Shown one piece after another: positions 1 through 7,876 of a DNA stretch of 64,000 bases. The notes below the pieces were generated by a model. It saw only the letters and a program-made list of their open reading frames with translations. It had not been told where the DNA came from and ran no database searches. The number at the start of each line of letters is the position of its first letter. Positions within the stretch are counted from its first letter, which is position 1. The stretch is from an uncultured Pirellulales bacterium (GTDB lineage: Bacteria > Planctomycetota > Phycisphaerae > Sedimentisphaerales > Anaerobacaceae). Location: assembly GCA_964431645.1 (NCBI GenBank), contig CAYSKP010000027.1:3385-67384 (forward strand), read 5' to 3'. Made by a program: the position numbers and the translations under genes.

Positions 1-591
1 TTCAGTCCGTGAGCCAAATTTTATCATACCAAAACGCTCGCCGCCAACCAATTGTGCCCCTTCGGCAGTCTTGCAGACTATTCTGCGGGCTATCGCTCCA
101 CTAATCTGGCGGACAATGAGCTTTAGATTTGGCGGCTCGATACTGGTCAGCCAAAGTTCATTTGATTCGTTTTCATGGCCGGCTTGAATATTTCTGGCAT
201 CGAGGAATTTACCTTCACGGTACATGATTTTTTCGACTTTGACTTTGCAGGGGCTGCGGTTGATATGCACATCGAAGATACTTAAGAATATGCCGACCCT
301 GATGGCTTTGCCGCCAATAAAGGCAGGTTCATCAATAGTTTCGATGTCTTTTACAGTTCCATCGGCAGGGGCTAATAAAATGTTTTTATTTCGGGGGATT
401 TCTCTTTCCGGGTCGCGAAAGAAAGATAATGACCAGATCACAATAATTCCGAGTGCAATTTCAACAAGTTGAACGAGCCAGGATGGAATTGAGGGGCTTG
501 CTCCAAAGTAGAGGAAAATCATAAAAATAATTAGCCCGGCCGGATAAAAAACCATCTGGGGCCATCCGTAATTCGTTAAAGGTATTTTCAT
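1..591 (-). CDS. psd: Phosphatidylserine decarboxylase proenzyme (small Psd type); the C-terminus runs off the window edge
   Basis: My own translation of the minus strand from the ATG at 591 (not in the ORF track because there is no stop in the window): MKIPLTNYGWPQM...FLSIFDVHINRSP...GERFGMIKFGSRTE. It has N-terminal TM helices, and the FGSRT segment fits the Psd self-cleavage (G-S) region. Confidence 0.8.
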   Translation of the reverse strand, partial: MKIPLTNYGWPQMVFYPAGLIIFMIFLYFGASPSIPSWLVQLVEIALGIIVIWSLSFFRDPEREIPRNKNILLAPADGTVKDIETIDEPAFIGGKAIRVGIFLSIFDVHINRSPCKVKVEKIMYREGKFLDARNIQAGHENESNELWLTSIEPPNLKLIVRQISGAIARRIVCKTAEGAQLVGGERFGMIKFGSRTE

Positions 592-825
592 ATTATAATG
601 CTAAACTCCTTTTCGGCCGCAGGCAATAAAAATGCCGATATGATTGCCTTAAATCATAAGATACTATTTTATATAAAATATTAAGTAACTTGCCAATTGC
701 TTTAATGAAATTATCAGCCATTAATTAATACTCATTTTAAAGAAATACGAGCTTATTTTTGTGAGGTAACATTGGTTGTATGCCGAAATATAGCTTATAG
801 TTTAAAAGAAATATGTGCATAAAGC

Positions 826-2667
826 TTGAAAATGAATCGGTTTTATGGTATTATAGGAACTTTGGAAAGCTTGTTTAAATTATCATTTGATATTGACGCT
901 AAACGGGGGGTTACCAAGCGTCTATTTCGGAGAAAAGTAGTGGTTTTTGGGACCGCAAAATCGCATTTATCAGCCCTGATAACAGGGTTTTTGCTTTTGG
1001 GCGCGGGTTTAGGGATTGCCGCAGAAGAGGCGAATAATAATATTCAACCCCAGGGATTAAATTACGCCGGGGTATCTGAACTTAAAAAGCTTCTCCCAAA
1101 ACTTACCGGTGCAGGCGTAAAAATGGGGCTGGTTTCCAGAAGTATTACCTATGTTGACGGTGAACCCCAAAATGATTACAGGCCGGCAATCAACCATAAC
1201 TGCTTTAAAGGTCTGAAATATTTTTTTAATGACCAGCAAAATAAACCCGCAGGTGTTTCATCGCACTCGACGGCTATATGCTCTATTTTATTCGGCAGGG
1301 ACGCGAACGCTTTTAATGAGAAGCTCGGTGATTTCCGTTATGAAGGTTTGGTTCCCGAGGCAGAGGCGGGTATTTATGAGTTCTGGAGTTTTCTTGTAAA
1401 TAATGTATTTCCATGCAAAGCCCCGGATGCCAATGTTCTCACTGCTGATATAGGCTACCAGTTCGAGGCATGGTGGACACGCGGGATAGAAGCACTGGCA
1501 CAAAAATACGGATTGACGGTTGTTATGGGGATAGGAAACGGCTCCAACTCTTCGGACCCTGTTTTGTTTCCGGGAGCAGGGGGCAATGTAATCGGAGTGG
1601 GGGTTGTGAAATCAGTCGAAAGCAACGATGTCAATACGGGGCTTTCACAGTTTTCACTTGTATATCCTGAATATTCAAGTAAGGGTCTTACATCAGACGG
1701 CCGCTGCAAACCTGATATAGTCGCTCCGGGCAATTGCCTGGCGGCAGCCGCAGATGAGCCGAACAATTATCAGCCGACGGGCGACTGGTCGAGCTTCGCC
1801 ACGCCGGTTGTGGCAGGAACCGCAGCCCTTCTGATTGAAAGCGCGATGGATGACGCGAATTTAAATAATGCTTTGTCATCGGATGGCGGCAATTGTGTTA
1901 TAAAATCGGTGCTGCTGAATTCGGCGACCAAACTTCCATACTGGCATAAAGGATTACTGGCAAAAGAGGATGACCAGGATGTCCCGCTTGATTTCATGCA
2001 GGGCGCCGGTATGCTCAACGCGGCCGGGGCGAACAGGCAGTTAACCGCAGGGCAATATTCGCCGGGTGATTGTCCAATTACCGGATGGGACCTTAATAAG
2101 CTTGGGAACCCCAAAATTCCGGCGAATTCATATAAGATTCAGATAACGGAACCTTTGGGCAAGATGATTAGCGCGACGATCGCCTGGAACAAACAATTTT
2201 CTTTTGTGTATCCGTTTGAGCACAGGAATGAACTGGATGCGGACCTTCGGCTTGAATTGTGGGCTGTAGATTTAAATGACCCCAATAGAGATTACATGCT
2301 GGATGCCAGCGATAGCCGAAATGACAATCTGGAACACATTTACACATTGGGTGACGCGAATTTCTCGGATTATGAAATAGTTGTTTTATTCAGCACTGAG
2401 CATGAAATAAATCAGCCGGAGTCGGCTATATACGCGATTGCATGGAATGTGACACAGCAGCCCCAGCGGAATGATTCTCTATGGCTCGATCTCAGTGCCG
2501 ATGGCGTGGTTAATGATGTTGATATCAATGTGCTTGTCAATAATATGACTGCAAGCATGGGAGAAGCAGACCATTACTTATTTGGTGATATAGATTCAGA
2601 CGGCATGATTGATGTTAATGACCTTGATGTGATGAAAAGCTATATCGAGTCTATAGCCAAGAATTAA
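826..2667 (+). CDS. Secreted subtilisin-like (S8) serine peptidase with a C-terminal dockerin module
   Basis: Subtilase His (SSHSTAI), Asn (GIGNGSNS) and Ser (WSSFATPVVAGTAALL) motifs are present. The C-terminus has two dockerin/EF-hand-like repeats (DLSADGVVNDVDINVL and GDIDSDGMIDVNDLDVM). There is an N-terminal hydrophobic segment. Position 826 is TTG, and the ATG at 832 is an alternative start. A canonical D(T/S)G Asp motif is not obvious. Confidence 0.8.
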   Translation: MKMNRFYGIIGTLESLFKLSFDIDAKRGVTKRLFRRKVVVFGTAKSHLSALITGFLLLGAGLGIAAEEANNNIQPQGLNYAGVSELKKLLPKLTGAGVKMGLVSRSITYVDGEPQNDYRPAINHNCFKGLKYFFNDQQNKPAGVSSHSTAICSILFGRDANAFNEKLGDFRYEGLVPEAEAGIYEFWSFLVNNVFPCKAPDANVLTADIGYQFEAWWTRGIEALAQKYGLTVVMGIGNGSNSSDPVLFPGAGGNVIGVGVVKSVESNDVNTGLSQFSLVYPEYSSKGLTSDGRCKPDIVAPGNCLAAAADEPNNYQPTGDWSSFATPVVAGTAALLIESAMDDANLNNALSSDGGNCVIKSVLLNSATKLPYWHKGLLAKEDDQDVPLDFMQGAGMLNAAGANRQLTAGQYSPGDCPITGWDLNKLGNPKIPANSYKIQITEPLGKMISATIAWNKQFSFVYPFEHRNELDADLRLELWAVDLNDPNRDYMLDASDSRNDNLEHIYTLGDANFSDYEIVVLFSTEHEINQPESAIYAIAWNVTQQPQRNDSLWLDLSADGVVNDVDINVLVNNMTASMGEADHYLFGDIDSDGMIDVNDLDVMKSYIESIAKN

Positions 2668-2743
2668 TCATTCCTCAAAATCCTTTGTATAATCTTCAAC
2701 AGTTTTCTTGCGGCTGTATTTATTTTTATGTATCTTGTGAATT

Positions 2744-3865
2744 ATGGAAACCAGGTTAATAAAGGTCGATTCTGATAAAATTAATACTGAAGCGATAAAA
2801 GAAGCGGCAGCGATTGTAGATTCCGGAGGGCTGGCTGCTTTTCCGACTGAAACGGTTTACGGGATTGCGTGCAGGGTCAGCACTGATTGCCTTGCAAAAT
2901 TAAATCAGGTTAAAGGGCGTTCAAAGGACAAATTCTATACTTTGCATATCGCGGATTCATCAGAGGTTTTCAGATATGTTCCGACAATCGGATTGCGGGC
3001 AAACAAACTGATGAAAAATGGATGGCCGGGACCGCTGACAATTGTATTTGAATTAGATTTAAAAGATTTGGCCTTGCAGAAAAAAAAGATTCCGCAGGAG
3101 GTATTTAATAATCTTTATCATGAAGGTTCGATTGGAATACGCTGTCCTGATAATAAGATAGCCGCGATGCTTTTAACCGAAGCAAAAAATCCTGTTGCGG
3201 CGCCGAGCGCCAATATCAGCGGTAAATTACCTTCAACTGAGGCAGGAAGCATCATGGAACAATTTGCAGGACAACTCGATATAATTCTTGATGGGGGAAG
3301 CTGTAAATACGGCAAAAACAGCACGGTTGTAAGGATTTGCAAAGGCGGCCTGGAATTCTTAAGGCAAGGCGTATATTCTGAGTCGCAAGTTATTGAAATG
3401 GCAGAAGTTACTATACTATTTGTGTGTTCGGGAAATAGCTGCAGAAGCCCTATGGCAGAGGGGTTATTTAAAAAACATCTTGCAGAAAAGTTGGGCTGTC
3501 CAGTTGACCGGCTCGTAGAAAAAGGTTATACAATACTATCTGCGGGCACACTTGGTATTTCCGGTATTCCCGCCAGCGATGAGGCTGTCGAGGCTTGTGC
3601 GGCCAGACAGGTCGATATCACTAAACACAGAAGCAGGGCGCTGACGACGCTTTTGATTGAACAAAGTGATGTAATTTTCGCACTAACGAGTGGACACAGG
3701 CAGGCAGTTATGGAAATGTGTCCTGAGGCCTCGAGTAAATGTTTTTTACTTGAAGAAGGGGCTGATATCGGCGACCCGATTGGAATGTCGCAGGCGGTTT
3801 ACAATAATTGTGCTGAACGCATTGACAAGGCGATAATGAAAAGGATTGAAGAGCTGAAATTATGA
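2744..3865 (+). CDS. Fusion protein: L-threonylcarbamoyladenylate synthase (TsaC/YrdC/Sua5 domain) plus a low-molecular-weight protein phosphatase (LMW-PTP/YwlE-like)
   Basis: N-terminal half: FPTETVYGIAC and SANISG (YrdC fold). C-terminal half: the CX5R P-loop VCSGNSCRSPMAEG and a GDPIG acid loop (LMW-PTP). Confidence 0.85.
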   Translation: METRLIKVDSDKINTEAIKEAAAIVDSGGLAAFPTETVYGIACRVSTDCLAKLNQVKGRSKDKFYTLHIADSSEVFRYVPTIGLRANKLMKNGWPGPLTIVFELDLKDLALQKKKIPQEVFNNLYHEGSIGIRCPDNKIAAMLLTEAKNPVAAPSANISGKLPSTEAGSIMEQFAGQLDIILDGGSCKYGKNSTVVRICKGGLEFLRQGVYSESQVIEMAEVTILFVCSGNSCRSPMAEGLFKKHLAEKLGCPVDRLVEKGYTILSAGTLGISGIPASDEAVEACAARQVDITKHRSRALTTLLIEQSDVIFALTSGHRQAVMEMCPEASSKCFLLEEGADIGDPIGMSQAVYNNCAERIDKAIMKRIEELKL

Positions 3866-4335
3866 AAGTAGCAATAGGAAGTGACCATAGAGGTTATAAG
3901 GCTAAAGAGCTGATTAAGACAATTATTGCTCAGCTTGGCCATGAGTGCATAGATGTCGGGACAGTTGACGGAAATCCAGTGGATTATCCGGACCCGGCGT
4001 ATCTTGCAGCTAAGGCGGTTTCGGAGAAAAAAGCTGACAGGGCAATTTTGGCATGCGGAACTGGTATTGGTATGAGCATCACGGCCAATAAGGTCAAAGG
4101 CGTTCGGGCTGCGCTATGTTACGACGAGCTGGGCGCACGCATATCGCGTCATCACAATGATGCTAATGTTCTTTGTGTTTCAGGTGAGCTTTTAGGAGAG
4201 GTCCTGCTTCGTAAAATGGTGGAGGTGTGGCTTGGCACAGATTTCGCTGGCGGAAGACACCTGCGTCGGGTTCGCAAGATTGAGGCAATCGAAAAAGACA
4301 AGGACCCAACGTCCGTAAAAAACAACAGCGATTAA
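3862..4335 (+). CDS. rpiB: Ribose-5-phosphate isomerase B
   Basis: MKVAIGSDHRGY...ACGTGIGMSITANKVKGVRAALC is the RpiB/LacAB signature. Its ATG overlaps the upstream stop (ATGA). Confidence 0.9.
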   Translation: MKVAIGSDHRGYKAKELIKTIIAQLGHECIDVGTVDGNPVDYPDPAYLAAKAVSEKKADRAILACGTGIGMSITANKVKGVRAALCYDELGARISRHHNDANVLCVSGELLGEVLLRKMVEVWLGTDFAGGRHLRRVRKIEAIEKDKDPTSVKNNSD

Positions 4336-4562
4336 TTATTTAAGAGCTGAGTATCCCTTCAATTTTATTTTTTATTCCATTTCCAGAAATTTGGATTTAG
4401 CCGGAAGATATTCTATATTTTAATCGGAGTATACGAGAAACTAACGCCTTCTCTTCTCCTCTCTTCTTCGAAGGGGACGGGGTTGCTGACCGAGTACCCA
4501 AAGCAACGGGGGGGACCTCGTCTCCCGGAATTGTAAAATAAATTAGCAGGCGTTGTCAAATG

Positions 4563-4596
4563 AAGGGCTGCAAACTGTTTGCAGCCCTTTTATTTT
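4563..4596. terminator. Bidirectional intrinsic terminator between the convergent rpiB and GH5 genes
   Basis: Perfect 13-bp inverted repeat aagggctgcaaac/gtttgcagccctt. It is followed by ttatttt on the + strand and preceded by an A-run that serves the - strand. Confidence 0.7.
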
Positions 4597-4606
4597 AAAA
4601 AGTACT

Positions 4607-7600
4607 TTAAAAATCTCCTATAAGCCAACTTTCAGCAAACGCCAAAAGGTCATCATTAGAAACTGTGCCGTCTCTGTTAAAGTCGCTGCCTGAGCACCAG
4701 TCATTGGCAATATCGCAGTTTGATTGTCCCCAATCATTTGCAAATTCCGCAAAATCTGTAAATTTGAGAGAGCATGGTGAAAGGTATATCCCATCTATTA
4801 TCTGTCTATCCAGACCGGGTCCCTGCCAGGCTACTGATATATTATCGGTTTCGCTGCCTTCCTTATGGCTAACGAAAATGTAATATTTCTGCCCGGCAGT
4901 AAGATAAACGGGAGATGATTGCTGAGAAGAATATTTATCCCACTGATTCAAATCTGTGAAATCCGGCACGTAAGCCATCAAGGCTACATGAAAAAGTGAC
5001 GAATCCGTACTAAGATACAGTTCACAGGCGTTATCGCCGGAAATCCAGAAAACATAATTTCCGCTGGTGACCGGATTTAAATAGCCACGAATAAGTGCGG
5101 CGTAATTATCCATCCAGTTTACAGGGCCATCGAGTTTCGTAATTAAATGTCTGCCGGTTGGATTAAAAGGATAATTTTCACTATTATATAAAGCATCTAA
5201 TGTATCGCCGGGCAAATCAAGCCACCATTCTCTTAATATAGAACCTGTTCCGATTGCCGGATGTTGTGAGATTCCTGAAACTTCGACCGAATAGATGGAT
5301 TCAAGGCCGGCCGAATCAACAGCGGTAGCTACATAATAATAGGTTGTATCATCTGTGACATTGGTATCTAAATAATCGGAACTGCTTAATAATAATGTGT
5401 TTAATTTTACATAGTCAGAACCGGAAGTTAAGGAACGATATACATTATATCCATTAAAATCCGGCTCATCATTATTGTTCCAGTCAAGCACGATAGAACC
5501 TATAGCTCCGGAAGCTGTTAATCCCAAAGGAGCAGCGGGGGCAATATTTGGGGCAATTTTGAGGACAAAACCGATAAGGACGTGATTGCCCGATGATTGA
5601 GTTATCGATGGGGTTTCGCTAACGCCTGAAGCAGGTTTGTGTCCGCCCATACCATCATAACCTGTGACAGAAAGATCCGCATCTTTAGTCCAGCCAGTGG
5701 TTACGGAATATATTCCAACTACAGAGCTTGCGGCAGCTTCGATGACCATATCGCCGCTATTAGTTGAAAGGGCGGAAGTCGAGATTGTGGATACACCTGT
5801 GAGGCCATTGCTTGCAGAGGAACCTACCAGTGATGTCTGATTAACGTTTTGAAGGAGTACGCTGCTGTAAGTTATACTGCCGGGTGCCGAAGTCCAGGTT
5901 GGAGTAAAAGTTACATTAGATGCCGCCTCAATGTTGGCATCATTTAATATGAAAGCGGCAACATAAGCACGGCTGGAACTCGAACCAACGATTTTATCGA
6001 TAATCTTTGTCATCGAACGGCCGCCGTAGGTGACAGCAGTTAAGCTCGATGTGCCGCTGCTGCTTTTGGCATGAGCAACAAAGACCAATGCGCGATTGTA
6101 ACCTGATTCTTTTGCATGAGTTGTTCCTGTTGACCATGAACCGATTATTTCAACCCCTGGAACGAGCTGGGGCCTTGCAGCTACCTGGCCGGAATTAGCT
6201 GACTCATTTAAAGAAGTATCTTCCGCAGTGACTACATAATAGTAGATAGTCCCGTTAGTAACATTGGCGTCGTTAAAATCAGAGCTGATGATAAGAGATG
6301 TGTTTTGTTTTATATAAGGGCCGCCGGAAGTGAATGAACGGTATACATTAAAGCCGTTTATATCGGGTTCAGTGTTATTGTTCCAGTCGAGCGAAACAAT
6401 CAAATCGCCCCCGACTGCCGTTAATCCCGCAGGGGCAGATGGTGCTATAGAGTCGGCGGGAACCGTTGCGGAAACTTCGATTGAATCAGCAGATGAATTA
6501 AAGTTTGTATCAACAGCAGTGACAACATAATAATAGGTTCTTGTGCCTGCAACATTGGTATCTGTGTAGGAAGATACATTCGAGCGGACGAGATTAAGGC
6601 GTGCGGTTTGGCCGCCTGGAGTTGTTGAACGGTAAATATCATAGCCGTATAAATCACCTTCGGTATTATTATTCCAGTCAAGAGTGATTGTCCCTATTGC
6701 CGGAGTTGCAGTTAATTCAGTCGGTGCAGCCGGAGGAATTGTGTTTCCTTCACTGGGCTGATTGTCATTTCTTTTCAAATAAAGCGTATCTTTAACAAAG
6801 CCGCCCATTTGCTCTTTACCGACACGGAGGGTCCAATCGGTGTAAAACATCGGAGGACCCCAGTTATAGCTTGCGACCCAGGCGCTGTTGCTTATTTGAC
6901 GTGCCTCTCGGAAATCAGAGATAGGCTGGCCGTAATTTGTAATCGTTCCCTGAAGGCCGGAATCAGAATCCATGCTGAAACCCCATTCACTCATAAAAAC
7001 CGGATAACGCGTAAGGGCAGTATTAATCTGATTTTGATAAGCGGACAGATGACCGGAGTCGAGCCAGTGGCCCGGGTAAATATGTGAAACCATAACAATG
7101 TTATCACCTGTAAGGGGATAAGATGCCGAAGGGGTAATGACCTGGGAATAAAATGGACCCGCGACAAGGATGAGATTATTGGGTGCATAGGACCGGACGA
7201 TGTTAATCCATGTCTGCATATCAGCCCTGACACTGAGCCAGTCGGCAGTGTCATGGATGTTAAAAATCCAGTCACCATTAAGGTCATTAATCGGCTCATT
7301 GAAAAGCTCGAACATAACATGGCTGTCGTTGGCAAATCTCGGAGCCATATACGCCCAGAACTGGCTGGTAGATTCTACGTGATCATAAGTATTTGCAATA
7401 TAGTGCCAGTCTATAATGGCATAAAGATCTTTTGTTTTGCAATAATTTACAACAGTTCTAAGAAGGTTGTATAAATCTGTATTATTAGGATTAAAAGGAT
7501 GAGGCCATCCGCTTACTGAATCGGGAGGGGTAATATCAATTCTAATGACTCTGGGATACCAGCCGGGTGAATTGCCTTCAGTATTGGTTTTATTAGTAAG

Positions 7601-7861
7601 CCGGTCAATCATATTAATTGCGCCGCCCTGCCAATCCTGCAGGGAGCCGAGGTCAATCAAATCGACACCTCTCAATACGACAATATTATTGCAGGGGTCT
7701 TTGATTTTATTGCCATCTGTATGAAGCCAGGGCGTGGCGCAATAAAGCGGCGATGTAATGCATACAATCAAAATAATTGATATTTTTTTAAAAATGTTAT
7801 TTCCTCCATTTTCTTGACCTTCAAAATAAGGCCCGAATTTTTTATTAAAAAAAATATTCAT
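4607..7861 (-). CDS. Secreted multidomain glycoside hydrolase family 5: GH5, 2x FN3, unknown ~200-aa module, FN3, PA14-like domain, dockerin-like tail
   Basis: GH5 motifs: IIDWHY, the acid/base in ELFNEPIN, HIYPGHW, and the nucleophile in MSEWGF. FN3-like repeats: LDWNNN...YNVYRS...YYYVVTAVD. PA14-like segment: GNYVFWISGDNACELYLS...GQKYYIFVSHKEGSETD. C-terminal DFNRDGTVSNDDLLAFAESWL. The track start at 7876 is TTG, and I prefer the ATG at 7861 (MNIFF...). Confidence 0.8.
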   Translation of the reverse strand: MNIFFNKKFGPYFEGQENGGNNIFKKISIILIVCITSPLYCATPWLHTDGNKIKDPCNNIVVLRGVDLIDLGSLQDWQGGAINMIDRLTNKTNTEGNSPGWYPRVIRIDITPPDSVSGWPHPFNPNNTDLYNLLRTVVNYCKTKDLYAIIDWHYIANTYDHVESTSQFWAYMAPRFANDSHVMFELFNEPINDLNGDWIFNIHDTADWLSVRADMQTWINIVRSYAPNNLILVAGPFYSQVITPSASYPLTGDNIVMVSHIYPGHWLDSGHLSAYQNQINTALTRYPVFMSEWGFSMDSDSGLQGTITNYGQPISDFREARQISNSAWVASYNWGPPMFYTDWTLRVGKEQMGGFVKDTLYLKRNDNQPSEGNTIPPAAPTELTATPAIGTITLDWNNNTEGDLYGYDIYRSTTPGGQTARLNLVRSNVSSYTDTNVAGTRTYYYVVTAVDTNFNSSADSIEVSATVPADSIAPSAPAGLTAVGGDLIVSLDWNNNTEPDINGFNVYRSFTSGGPYIKQNTSLIISSDFNDANVTNGTIYYYVVTAEDTSLNESANSGQVAARPQLVPGVEIIGSWSTGTTHAKESGYNRALVFVAHAKSSSGTSSLTAVTYGGRSMTKIIDKIVGSSSSRAYVAAFILNDANIEAASNVTFTPTWTSAPGSITYSSVLLQNVNQTSLVGSSASNGLTGVSTISTSALSTNSGDMVIEAAASSVVGIYSVTTGWTKDADLSVTGYDGMGGHKPASGVSETPSITQSSGNHVLIGFVLKIAPNIAPAAPLGLTASGAIGSIVLDWNNNDEPDFNGYNVYRSLTSGSDYVKLNTLLLSSSDYLDTNVTDDTTYYYVATAVDSAGLESIYSVEVSGISQHPAIGTGSILREWWLDLPGDTLDALYNSENYPFNPTGRHLITKLDGPVNWMDNYAALIRGYLNPVTSGNYVFWISGDNACELYLSTDSSLFHVALMAYVPDFTDLNQWDKYSSQQSSPVYLTAGQKYYIFVSHKEGSETDNISVAWQGPGLDRQIIDGIYLSPCSLKFTDFAEFANDWGQSNCDIANDWCSGSDFNRDGTVSNDDLLAFAESWLIGDF

Positions 7862-7876
7862 TCTAATTGTTCTCAA

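Noticed and set aside
224-472. 82-aa + strand ORF at the start of the window
   Set aside because: It lies entirely antisense within a much better minus-strand reading frame that encodes a recognisable phosphatidylserine decarboxylase. It is a shadow ORF.
4380-4560. A polypyrimidine tract (ccttctcttctcctctcttcttc) followed by a G-rich segment downstream of rpiB, considered as a tRNA or small RNA
   Set aside because: I could not fold a cloverleaf or a convincing conserved structure by eye. It may be part of the rpiB 3' UTR before the terminator at 4563.
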